Shown here one piece after another: positions 1-8,156 of a stretch of 22,675 nucleotides of DNA. The notes below the pieces were generated by a model. That model was not told where the DNA came from, ran no database searches, and saw only the letters and a list, made by a program, of their open reading frames with translations. Position numbers and translations under genes: made by a program. Positions within the stretch are counted from its first letter, which is position 1, and every line of letters begins with the position of its first letter. The stretch comes from Terrimicrobiaceae bacterium (lineage in GTDB: Bacteria > Verrucomicrobiota > Verrucomicrobiia > Chthoniobacterales > Terrimicrobiaceae): the NCBI GenBank assembly GCA_041752695.1, contig JBGSVZ010000026.1, positions 1 through 22,675 of the forward strand, written 5' to 3'.

Positions 1-2
1 CC

Positions 3-1106
3 ACGCCCGCGGCCCAGCCGGCCGCCACCGCTGCTTCGGCCGTGCCGGCATCGACGCCCGCTACGGCTGTGGCGACACCCGCAATAACGGCTCCAGAAAC
101 AGCCGCTGCGCCCGCCCCTTCGACAGATTCCGCCCTGAAAGATCCCGTGGCCACGGTCAATGGAGAGGCCATTTCGAAGGACCAGCTGGACGAGGCTTTC
201 AACAACGCGGTGAAAGCCGCCGGTGTTCCGGTTGGGGAACTCAGCCCCGAGCAGAAGATGGAAGGATATCGTCAACTCCTAGACGAACTCATTCTCGATC
301 GTCTCATCACCAAGGCCGCCGCCGGAGTGACGGTTTCCCAAGCCGATGTGGACAAGGAAATTGCGAAAATCAAGTCGCAGTTCCCCTCCGAGGAAGCGTT
401 CAGCAAGCAGCTGGGCGAGGCGGGGCAGACCCCGGACAAATTTAACGAAAGTCTGAAAAAGATGCTGCAGCAGCAGCAGTGGCTGGAAAGCCAGATCGCC
501 GACAAAGCGGCTGTGACGGACGACGAAGCCAAAAAATTCTACGACGAAAACAAAGCGGAGTTTGAAGAGGGCGACACGGTTCAGGCGAGCCACATCCTCT
601 TCATGGTCAAGGAAGGTGACTCCGAGGAAGTCTCCAAGGCAAAACTTGAAGCCGCGAAGAAAGCCATCGCCCGCGCCAAGAAGGAAGATTTCACCACCCT
701 GGCGAAAGAACTTTCCGAAGAGCCCGGTGCTGCAGAATCGGGTGGGGATCTGGGGTCGTTCACCAAGGACCGCATGGTGCCTGAATTTGCCGATGCGGCA
801 TTCACCCAGAAAGTCGGCACGGTGAGCACCGAGCCGGTCAAAACCCAGTTCGGCTGGCATGTCATCAAGGTCACGGATAAAAAACCCGCCCGCACGGTGC
901 CGTTCGAAGAGGTGAAGGAAAAGCTCCTCGCGTATTTGAAGAGCGACAAGCAGCGCAAGGCCGTGAAAGAGCTTCTCGATTCCATCAAGGGATCGGCCAA
1001 GATCGAAAACACTCTCCCGCCCGCTCCTCCTGCTCCCGCCATGCCGGCGATGCCAGGTATACCCGGGATGGCTCCCGCCTCGGAACCACCCAGCCAGGGC
1101 AACTGA
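3..1106 (+). CDS. Parvulin-type peptidyl-prolyl isomerase (PpiC/PrsA/SurA-like foldase), 5' end probably upstream of the window
   Basis: Frame is open from position 3 (TPAAQPAATAASAV...) with no stop before the listed GTG at 42. SurA-N-like VATVNGEAI; rotamase motifs ASHILF, FTTLAKELSEEPG..GGDLG, MVPEFADAAF, PVKTQFGWHVIKV; Ala/Pro-rich termini. Confidence 0.92.
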   Translation, partial: TPAAQPAATAASAVPASTPATAVATPAITAPETAAAPAPSTDSALKDPVATVNGEAISKDQLDEAFNNAVKAAGVPVGELSPEQKMEGYRQLLDELILDRLITKAAAGVTVSQADVDKEIAKIKSQFPSEEAFSKQLGEAGQTPDKFNESLKKMLQQQQWLESQIADKAAVTDDEAKKFYDENKAEFEEGDTVQASHILFMVKEGDSEEVSKAKLEAAKKAIARAKKEDFTTLAKELSEEPGAAESGGDLGSFTKDRMVPEFADAAFTQKVGTVSTEPVKTQFGWHVIKVTDKKPARTVPFEEVKEKLLAYLKSDKQRKAVKELLDSIKGSAKIENTLPPAPPAPAMPAMPGIPGMAPASEPPSQGN

Positions 1107-1113
1107 TCCTCGA

Positions 1114-2082
1114 ATGGCGCGTCCTGCCAAGCCCAATGTGGGTGTCATCGGCCTAGGGATCATCGGAACCCGGGTCGCGGCGAATCTTCGCAAGGCCGGC
1201 AATCAGGTCTGGGTGTGGAACCGCTCACCCCGCCCGGAGCCGAATTTTCTTTCGTCACCCGCCGAGGTCGCCGAGTCCGCCAAAATCATCGAAATTTTTG
1301 TTTCGGATGGTTCGGCGTTGATGGACGTGCTCGCGGTGATGTCTCCGGCCCTGGGGCCTGAACATATCGTTGTGAATCACTCGACGGTCGCCCCCCGGGA
1401 GACCATTGAGGCCGCCCGTGTGGTTGAGGGCCGTCATGCCAGGTATCTCGATGCGCCGTTCACCGGCAGTCGCGACGCGGCGGAGGCCGGACAGTTGGTG
1501 TTTTACATCGGTGGCGCCTCGGAGGCGTTGGAAAAAGTCCGTCCTTTCCTGGAAGTCAGTGCCAAGGCCATTGTGCCGATTGGCGAAATTGGCCAGGCGG
1601 CGGCGTTGAAAATTGCCATGAATCTGGTGGTGGCCATTTCGGTGAGTTCTTTCGCCGAGGCGCTCTGCCTGATGGACAAAAGTGGCATTCCGCTGGCCAA
1701 ACTCGGAGAGGTGTTCCCTCATCACATCGCCCAGTCGGCTCTCGTAAATCTCAAGCTTCCCGGCATGATCAGCGATGATTTTGATCCCCGTTTTGCGCTC
1801 AAACACATGTTTAAGGATGTGCAAATTGCCCTCGCCATGGCCGCCGACCATGGGGTGGACCTGCCGGCCTCCGCGGCCTACGCGGGATCGGCGATGGCAG
1901 GTTTGCAGAACGGCTGGGGCGACCTCGATTTCTCTGTGGTGGCGCGTCACTATGGGTATCCGAATGCGGAAAACACCCTGCCCGTGGGGCTTTTTGGCCT
2001 CGAAGCGGGTTCTGCCAGCGCCACGCCCGCTCCGGAAGTGAAAGAGAAGAAAAAAATCTTCCCCCTTTTCGGTTCGAAATAA
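1114..2082 (+). CDS. NAD(P)-dependent oxidoreductase, 3-hydroxyisobutyrate/beta-hydroxyacid dehydrogenase family
   Basis: Rossmann VGVIGLGIIG, VWNRS, NHSTV, YLDAPFTGS, catalytic Lys motif GQAAALKIAMN, FALKHMFKD; ATG starts 7 nt after the upstream stop. Confidence 0.9.
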   Translation: MARPAKPNVGVIGLGIIGTRVAANLRKAGNQVWVWNRSPRPEPNFLSSPAEVAESAKIIEIFVSDGSALMDVLAVMSPALGPEHIVVNHSTVAPRETIEAARVVEGRHARYLDAPFTGSRDAAEAGQLVFYIGGASEALEKVRPFLEVSAKAIVPIGEIGQAAALKIAMNLVVAISVSSFAEALCLMDKSGIPLAKLGEVFPHHIAQSALVNLKLPGMISDDFDPRFALKHMFKDVQIALAMAADHGVDLPASAAYAGSAMAGLQNGWGDLDFSVVARHYGYPNAENTLPVGLFGLEAGSASATPAPEVKEKKKIFPLFGSK

Positions 2083-2105
2083 GACCGGCCTGACCCGCCC
2101 GGAAC

Positions 2106-2122
2106 AGGCGGAGAAGCCGCCT
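2106..2122. terminator. Short GC hairpin between convergent genes (possible weak terminator)
   Basis: AGGCGG-AGAAG-CCGCCT, a 6-bp stem in the 46-nt gap between convergent stops at 2082 and 2129; no clear U-tract. Confidence 0.2.
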
Positions 2123-2128
2123 CCTGGA

Positions 2129-2506
2129 TTAATCTTCCGTGGGCCGGATGTGGGGGTAAAGATTCTCCAACGCCATGATGCTGTCGTCGGCGATCTGCCG
2201 ACCGATGCGCGTGTAGTCCGGCGCGATTGCCGCCGGTGTTGCGTGGTGTTCCCAGGCTCGCAGATGGCCTGCCAGACGAAGGAGTCCTGCCGTGGCGACA
2301 TAACCGCGAATGCGATGCAGGGCGGGGCAAAGTTCCGCCGGAGGAAGAACTTCCGCCTGAATCAGTTCGGGATGCAGGTCCCCGCGGATTCCGGTCCAGA
2401 TCCGCCGCTGCATGGCCGTGACCTGCGGGTCGTCGGAGTGCGCGAACAACGCAGCCGTCAGGGATTCATCCAGAAGGGAAAGCTCGGAGGAGACGGAAAC
2501 GTCCAC
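2129..2506 (-). CDS. Stand-alone Hpt (histidine phosphotransfer) domain protein, ~125 aa
   Basis: ALHRIRGYVATAGLLRLAGHLRAWE fits the Hpt pattern HxLKGxxxxxGxxxLxxxxxxLE (His codon at 2315-2317); N-terminal LLDESL.. helix. Start reassigned to GTG at 2506 because the longer ORF (to 2722) overlaps the divergent gene. Confidence 0.7.
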   Translation of the reverse strand: MDVSVSSELSLLDESLTAALFAHSDDPQVTAMQRRIWTGIRGDLHPELIQAEVLPPAELCPALHRIRGYVATAGLLRLAGHLRAWEHHATPAAIAPDYTRIGRQIADDSIMALENLYPHIRPTED

Positions 2507-2527
2507 AACCCACAGGCTAACGCCGAA

Positions 2528-2542
2528 ACAAGCGGCTTGCCA
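2528..2542 (-). promoter_or_regulatory. Possible sigma54 -24/-12 promoter for the Hpt gene
   Basis: Minus strand TGGCAAGCCGCTTGT versus consensus TGGCACGNNNNTTGC; spacing is correct but the -12 element is GT rather than GC; lies 21 nt upstream of the GTG at 2506. Confidence 0.35.
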
Positions 2543-2666
2543 AATCCAATTCGCACGATTGACTGAGGATAGCCGTGCAAAGCTGCCCCACCGACCGATC
2601 GCGAGCGGACAACGTTTTTCCGCACGCCCGCACTCGACGCTTTCTCCTTCCACGAAACCGGGGCCA

Positions 2667-4118
2667 ATGTTTCCCGCTGTGAGCCGGCTGTCCGACCCCC
2701 GCGCCATCGTGCTTCTCGGCACGCCGTTTCACGATGTGACGATGGAAGAAACGCTGTCGCGTCTCGAAGAGATGGTCCGGCGAAGGACGCCCTGCTTTGT
2801 CGTTACGGCCAATCTTGATTTTGCCACCCAGGCCGCGCGGGACGTGGAACTCCAGCGCATTTTTGTGGAGGCCGAATTGGTGGTGTGCGATGGCACGCCA
2901 TTGGTCTGGGCTTCCCGCCTGACGGGCAAGCCCCTGCGTGAGCGGGTGGCGGGCTCGGACCTGGTGCCTCGTCTGGCGGCACTCGGAGCGGCCCCAGGCT
3001 GGAAGCTTTTTCTCCTGGGAGGCGATCCCGGGTCGCTGGCCGCGGCCATCACCAACCTCGAAACAACATATCCCGGCCTGCGTGTTTCCGGCTACTCGCC
3101 CCCATTCAAACGTTTCCACGAGATGGACCATGGGGACATCCTGCGGCGGATTCAGGAGGCCGCGCCGGATGTGCTGCTCGTTGCTTTTGGATGTCCCAAA
3201 CAGGAGAAATGGATTTACGCACATTATCGGACATCGGGTGTCCCGGTCTCCATCGGCGTGGGGGCCACGGTGGATTTTTTGGCGGGAAAAGTCCGGCGTG
3301 CCCCCGGGTGGTTGGGGCAGCTCGGTCTCGAATGGATCTACCGGCTCGCCCAGGAACCGCGCCGACTCCTGGGTCGGTATGCAGGAAATCTCACCTTCCT
3401 CGCTTCGCAAATGTGGAGGGAACGGTCCGCCATTTTCCGTCCACCTGAGATCGCGGAACCGGGAGCCGGTGGGCATTCGCAGGCAGACGAGGATTTTCAA
3501 ACCATCTTTTGGAAGGGCCAGTTGGTGGCCGCCACGCTGGCTCAGCTCGAGCCGCCTTCCCTGACGAAACCCTTTGTCATCGATCTGTCGAACGTGTCGG
3601 CGATCGACAGCAGCGGCCTCGGTCATTTGCTGGGCACCTTGCGACGCGGTTGGGCAGCGGGCCAGGCCGGTTGTTTTTGTTCCCTGTCTGAACCTGTGCG
3701 TCACGTTCTGGCGGCCACCCGTCTCGACCGGGTGGTTCCGGTGGCGGCGGGAATTGCGGGTGCACGCGACCTGCTCGCGCAGGAGCGGGCCCATTGGTAC
3801 CTCCGCCCCATCGTCGATGCGCTGGAGGGATCCCTTTATTTTGTCATGCCCCAAAAACTGGTGGGCGCAAACGCGGGAACGTGTGGAGATGCGGTGACGA
3901 GGGAGTGGGACGCCCGTCCGGACTTGCGCCAATTGTCTCTCGATCTGGGAGCCACGGCTTTTATGGACAGCTCAGGCCTGGGACTTCTCATTCGCTGCCG
4001 CCGTCTGATCGAATCCCGTCCCGGCGCGACACTGGCGCTGCTCCACCTTCAGTCCAATGTGCGCAATGTCATCCAGGTGGCGCGGATGGACGTTTTGCTG
4101 GGGGTGAATACCCCTTGA
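2667..4118 (+). CDS. WecB/TagA/CpsF-family (GT26) glycosyltransferase fused to two C-terminal STAS (anti-sigma-factor antagonist) domains, ~483 aa
   Basis: GT26 motifs VVTANLDF, VCDGTPLVWA, ERVAGSDL, LFLLGG, VAFGCPKQEKW, GVGATVDF, RAPGW...GLEWIYRLAQEPRRL. STAS motifs VIDLSNVSAIDSSGLG (3606-3617) and LDLGATAFMDSSGLG (3966-3977). Start placed at ATG 2667 (GTG 2679 is an alternative). Confidence 0.92.
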   Translation: MFPAVSRLSDPRAIVLLGTPFHDVTMEETLSRLEEMVRRRTPCFVVTANLDFATQAARDVELQRIFVEAELVVCDGTPLVWASRLTGKPLRERVAGSDLVPRLAALGAAPGWKLFLLGGDPGSLAAAITNLETTYPGLRVSGYSPPFKRFHEMDHGDILRRIQEAAPDVLLVAFGCPKQEKWIYAHYRTSGVPVSIGVGATVDFLAGKVRRAPGWLGQLGLEWIYRLAQEPRRLLGRYAGNLTFLASQMWRERSAIFRPPEIAEPGAGGHSQADEDFQTIFWKGQLVAATLAQLEPPSLTKPFVIDLSNVSAIDSSGLGHLLGTLRRGWAAGQAGCFCSLSEPVRHVLAATRLDRVVPVAAGIAGARDLLAQERAHWYLRPIVDALEGSLYFVMPQKLVGANAGTCGDAVTREWDARPDLRQLSLDLGATAFMDSSGLGLLIRCRRLIESRPGATLALLHLQSNVRNVIQVARMDVLLGVNTP

Positions 4119-5290
4119 AAGTGGCCCTCTCAGTTTCCGTGATCCAGCGCGGAAAATCCGGCGTGGCCACGTATATTTTTGGTCTTCTCGACGGCTTCCG
4201 GCAACTCGGGTGGCCGGTGGAGATCACTCTGATCGGTCTGGAGGAAGACCGGCCGCTTTTTGAGCCGTGGCTCGGCCCCTGCGAATGGCTGGGGGTGCCG
4301 GAGCGTTGGCGACACGCGGCGGCGAACATCCTCTGGCATCAGACCGCCCTCAAGGTCAGCCTGCGGCGGATGGGCGCCGATGTGCTGCACATCCCGAGCT
4401 ATCGCCGGATCGTGTACCGACCGCCCTGTCCGCAAATTGTGACGGTGCACGACTGCGCGCCGTTTCGGTTCCCCGGAAAATACGACGCCCTGCGCATGGC
4501 TTATGGCCGGAAGGTGGTGGTCCCCCTCGCCCGGCGTGCCGATGCCGTGATGGCGGTCAGTCGCACCACGGCGGCCGATATCGAAACGTATTTCGGGATC
4601 CCCGCGGATACGGTGACGATCACGCCGAATGGTATTGATCACGAGCGATTTTCGCCGGCCATGGCCGCTCAGCAGTTGTCGCGTCTGCCTGTCCCGGCAG
4701 GGCTGAAATCCCCTTGGTGGATTTATGTCGCCCGGCTGGAGCATCCTGCCAAAAATCACCTTCGGCTGGTCCAGGCGTTTGAGCGGTTGTGTGAAAGGCA
4801 GGGTCCGGCAGCCGGCCAACTGGTGCTCGCCGGTGCGGACTGGCACGGGTCCGACGTCATCCGGCAGGCCGTCGCCGTGTCTCCGGTTCGCGACCGGATT
4901 TTCCTCACCGGATTTGTTTTATTGGAAGATCTGCCCGGCTGGTATGGCGGCGCGCGGGCGTTGGTCTTTCCGTCCTTGTTTGAGGGATTTGGCATTCCTC
5001 CTTTGGAGGCCATGGCCTGTGGGACGCCCGTCCTTTGTCCGGGTGATGGGGCGTTGGGTGAGGTGACCGCGGGTGCGGCACTTGTGTTTGATCCGCTCGA
5101 TCCCCTTTCGATTGCGGGGGCGATGGAACGTCTGATGATCGAGTCCGGCTTGGCGGAGGATCTTTCGCAACGCGGACTCGAACACGCGGCAGCGTTCAAC
5201 TGGCGGGCCACCGCCGTCCGCACGCTGGAGGTGATTCGCTCCGTGGCGAAAGTTTCGGATTCTCCCCGGCCTGGAAAAAGCGGACAATGA
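4115..5290 (+). CDS. GT4-family glycosyltransferase, ~391 aa
   Basis: TTG start overlapping the upstream TGA (TTGA 4115-4118); motifs IVTVHD, AVSRTT, PNGID, YVARLEHPAKN, FPSLFEGFGIPPLEAMACG (intact EX7E). Confidence 0.92.
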   Translation: MKVALSVSVIQRGKSGVATYIFGLLDGFRQLGWPVEITLIGLEEDRPLFEPWLGPCEWLGVPERWRHAAANILWHQTALKVSLRRMGADVLHIPSYRRIVYRPPCPQIVTVHDCAPFRFPGKYDALRMAYGRKVVVPLARRADAVMAVSRTTAADIETYFGIPADTVTITPNGIDHERFSPAMAAQQLSRLPVPAGLKSPWWIYVARLEHPAKNHLRLVQAFERLCERQGPAAGQLVLAGADWHGSDVIRQAVAVSPVRDRIFLTGFVLLEDLPGWYGGARALVFPSLFEGFGIPPLEAMACGTPVLCPGDGALGEVTAGAALVFDPLDPLSIAGAMERLMIESGLAEDLSQRGLEHAAAFNWRATAVRTLEVIRSVAKVSDSPRPGKSGQ

Positions 5291-6153
5291 CGCCCACGAT
5301 GCACAATCTGTCCCATTTCGGTCTGCGGGAACGCCCGTTCGAGGTGGTGACGGACCCGCGGTTCTACTTCGCCAGTCTGGAGCATCGCGAGGCCCTCGCG
5401 CGGCTGACGTACCTCGTTGATCAGCAGACAATGTACTTTGGCATGCTAACCGGTGACATTGGCTGTGGAAAATCCCTCACCCGCAAGGTCTTCACCGCGC
5501 AGATCGACCCGTCGCGGCATTGTGTGGTGGAATTCGAGAATTCGGCCTTCGACACCCGCGAGCTGCTTCGTCAGTTATTTGCGCGGACCGGTTCGATGGC
5601 GGAATTACCGCCCGGGATCGGCCAGGGCCAGCTCTTTGGGTATGTCGCCTCGCTGGTGAATGAACTTCACCGGGTGCAGCAGCGGCAGTTGGTGCTGGTG
5701 CTCGACGAGGCGCAGGACCTTCCGCGTGAGACGATGCTCGATCTCAAAAGGCTTTCGAACTTGAACGGGGAGATCGACGGCGCGCTCACGATGATTTTGA
5801 TTGGCCAGCCGGAACTCCGGCGGCTGGTCGAAAGTCTGCCGCCTTTGGATCAGCGCATCAGCCTGCGTTTCCATCTGCTCAATCTCGCCGCGGAGGAAGT
5901 CGGGGCCTACGTCGAACACCGTTTGCGTGTGGCGGGGCATCCCACCGGCCGTCTCTTTGCGCCGGAGTGTCATACCCTCCTTTTCCAAGCGAGCCGGGGT
6001 GTCCCCCGGGAAATCAACCGTCTGGCGAAACTCTCCCTCGACAGCGGGCTGGCGCGCGGCGCGGACTCCATTTTGCCGACCGACGTCGAATCTGTGGTGC
6101 ACGACCTGCGGCGTCATCAATCCATGCCGCACCTCCTGCCCGGCCTCTCATGA
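5287..6153 (+). CDS. ExeA/GspA-family AAA ATPase (ATPase domain only)
   Basis: HFGLRERPF..TDPRFYF...HREALARL N-terminus, Walker A GDIGCGKS, Walker B LVLDEAQ, ILIGQPEL, QRI, YVEHRL..AG, SRGVPREIN; ATGA overlap with the upstream gene. Confidence 0.9.
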   Translation: MTPTMHNLSHFGLRERPFEVVTDPRFYFASLEHREALARLTYLVDQQTMYFGMLTGDIGCGKSLTRKVFTAQIDPSRHCVVEFENSAFDTRELLRQLFARTGSMAELPPGIGQGQLFGYVASLVNELHRVQQRQLVLVLDEAQDLPRETMLDLKRLSNLNGEIDGALTMILIGQPELRRLVESLPPLDQRISLRFHLLNLAAEEVGAYVEHRLRVAGHPTGRLFAPECHTLLFQASRGVPREINRLAKLSLDSGLARGADSILPTDVESVVHDLRRHQSMPHLLPGLS

Positions 6154-8156
6154 GCGAGATCAAACCACTCCGCATGAGTGATTGGGGCCAATCCCCGGCG
6201 CCCTCCGCGCCGCCGCCTCCGGGTCCGCCGCGCAAGGAACCCGGCAAACCAGCCGTTCCGCCCCCGGGTGCCGAACCGACCCCGCCCACCATCTGGCGGG
6301 GCTTCGATCTGCTGCGTCTTCCGCGCGGGCTGGCTCGCCGCTGGTTCCTGTCGGTTCCTCTGGCTCTTCTCGGTGCCCTCATCGGGTTGGGGGCGGCCTC
6401 GTTTCTCTTCAATCCCACTTCAACGGTCACCGTCCGGCTGATCATTCGCAACCCCCAGGCTTTCGCGGTTTCCGAGCAGTCTTACAGCCCGAGCAAACTC
6501 CAACCGAATACGCTCTCGGCCTCCATCCGGTCGCCGCAGGTCGCCCGGGAAGTGGCGGGCCGCATGGGCCTCAATGTTCCGCCCGGTCCTCTCCTGGGAA
6601 TGATCGAAGTCACGGAGATCAAGCGCACCGAGTTTGTCGACATCACCGTGACCACGCCCTGGACGCGCGAGGAGACGGCAAACTTCGCCACGGCCTGGGC
6701 GGAGGAGGCCATCCGCTTCACGCGCAAGCTTCAGGCCGAGGAAAGCGTGGAGATGAAAAAGTATCTCGAAGAACAGGTCCGGCGAAACGATACCGGACTG
6801 GAGGAGGTGAACCGCCGGCTGTCGGAGTTCAGCGAGAAGCGGAACATCGTGAACACCGAAAAGGAAATGGACCAATATCTTGCGTCCATCGCCGACATGA
6901 ATGTGCGCTACGAGATCGGCCGGGTGGACCTCCAGGCGTGCGAACATCGTTTGATAAGTTTGAGCGAGGAGATTCGCAAGCACAGCCCGACCTTTGATGA
7001 TCTGAAAAAAGCGGAGATCAAGCTGCAGGAGCTTTCCGAATATTACACCGACAAGAACCCGGTCTTCCTCGAAGAGTCCGACAAGGTGGAGGCTCTGCGG
7101 CGGAAGGTGAATGAGGAGCTGCAGGCGACCGATCTGCGGGCCAGCGATTTTACCGGCACCTTTGTGGGCAATGCGCTCTACATGCAGATCATCGACCTGG
7201 AGGCGAAACGCGACAGCCTCACGCGTCAAAACGAACAGGTCAAAAAGATGCTCGATGAGGCGAGGGTCCGGTTGAAGGAACTTCCGGCGGTTGCCCTTGA
7301 GATGGCGCCCTTGATGGAGTCCGCCCAAGTTCTGCGCGGCAGTCGCGACGTGCTGCTCAAGCGGCTCCAGGAGGTGGAGGTGTTCGAGAGCCTCGCACCG
7401 GGATATTACCGGATTTTCAAAACCCCGGCCGCCAAGGATGTGGTGGTCTCCGGCCGGTTCAACAAAGTGGTGATGCTGGTGGTCTTGGGCGCGGGATTTT
7501 TCGGCGGCTTGGGCCTGCTAGCGGCCGCCGGCTTGGAATTCGCCGACCGCACGGTGCGAACCAGAGCGGAAGCGGGGGCATTGCTCAGCGCCCCTTGCGT
7601 TTTTGCCCTTCCTTCCCAGAGGGTCACCACGCGGCCCCATTTTTCGCAGGAACTTTGGGCGGCGGTGATCGGGCCGCTCGCTGCCACCGCACAGCTGCGC
7701 ACCTTCTGGCAGGTTTGCCCGGGACGCCAGACGGACCTCTTTTGGTCCAGTCTTATGGAAGAAGCCCAGAGCGCGGGGGTGCGGATTTTGATCGTTCACC
7801 TCGCCGGGGACATTCCGACCACGCTGCAGGCGCTGCCCCGCGTGGACTCTCCCTACCCAGCACCCGGTTCGGATGCGCCCCGCCTGGCGTTATGGGTCCT
7901 GCCGGCGGCCACCGGCCTGGACGCCCTGCCGCAGGTTTCGGCCGCTCTCCATGCGGCGCGTGACCGCTACAACGACATCTGGCTGACCGGGACGGGTGCG
8001 GTGCGAGAACCCGCCTCCTCCCTCGCACGCCTGGCGGATCGGGTGGTGATGATACTCACCCTGAATGTGGAGGGGCGCGATTTTTGGAACACCCAAAAGA
8101 CGCTGCTCGTCGCACCGCGCGCGTTGGATGGCTACCTGGCGATGGACCGGCCGTGA
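6150..8156 (+). CDS. Wzc/GumC-like polysaccharide co-polymerase (chain-length regulator) with degenerate C-terminal kinase-like domain, ~668 aa
   Basis: ATG at 6150 (ATGA overlap). TM1 WFLSVPLALLGALIGLGAASFLF, long coiled-coil periplasmic region with YTDKNPV (cf. YxxxHP), TM2 VVMLVVLGAGFFGGLGLLAAAGLEF, then DRTVRT. The cytoplasmic tail lacks Walker motifs. Confidence 0.8.
   Translation: MSEIKPLRMSDWGQSPAPSAPPPPGPPRKEPGKPAVPPPGAEPTPPTIWRGFDLLRLPRGLARRWFLSVPLALLGALIGLGAASFLFNPTSTVTVRLIIRNPQAFAVSEQSYSPSKLQPNTLSASIRSPQVAREVAGRMGLNVPPGPLLGMIEVTEIKRTEFVDITVTTPWTREETANFATAWAEEAIRFTRKLQAEESVEMKKYLEEQVRRNDTGLEEVNRRLSEFSEKRNIVNTEKEMDQYLASIADMNVRYEIGRVDLQACEHRLISLSEEIRKHSPTFDDLKKAEIKLQELSEYYTDKNPVFLEESDKVEALRRKVNEELQATDLRASDFTGTFVGNALYMQIIDLEAKRDSLTRQNEQVKKMLDEARVRLKELPAVALEMAPLMESAQVLRGSRDVLLKRLQEVEVFESLAPGYYRIFKTPAAKDVVVSGRFNKVVMLVVLGAGFFGGLGLLAAAGLEFADRTVRTRAEAGALLSAPCVFALPSQRVTTRPHFSQELWAAVIGPLAATAQLRTFWQVCPGRQTDLFWSSLMEEAQSAGVRILIVHLAGDIPTTLQALPRVDSPYPAPGSDAPRLALWVLPAATGLDALPQVSAALHAARDRYNDIWLTGTGAVREPASSLARLADRVVMILTLNVEGRDFWNTQKTLLVAPRALDGYLAMDRP

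Noticed and set aside
1015..1100. Pro/Ala/Met low-complexity repeats (PAPPAPAMPAMPG), the CAG run near 468-479, and PAPAPAP at the end of wza2
   Set aside because: In-frame low-complexity linkers or tails, not mobile, CRISPR or phase-variable repeats.
1..2082. PPIase and dehydrogenase as part of the EPS system
   Set aside because: They are separated from the locus by the convergent Hpt gene and belong to general housekeeping families; no evidence of a link.
2559..2590. TTGACT as a possible sigma70 -35 box for the EPS operon
   Set aside because: No acceptable -10 hexamer at 16-18 nt spacing.
2412..2722. N-terminal extensions of ORFs 2412-4118 (+) and 2129-2722 (-)
   Set aside because: They overlap each other head to head and look non-protein-like; starts at 2667 and 2506 give clean domain boundaries and an intergenic region.
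5287..6153. Type II secretion system or transposon (TniB/IstB-like) interpretation of the AAA ATPase
   Set aside because: No secretin, pseudopilin, transposase or terminal repeats nearby; the gene is embedded in the EPS operon.
3794..8152. Upstream-extended starts for GT4 (3794), Wzc (5967) and Wza1 (8084); likewise 16969 and 22453 elsewhere
   Set aside because: Each has a better start overlapping the previous stop codon (TTGA, ATGA, GTGA or TGATG), matching translational coupling.
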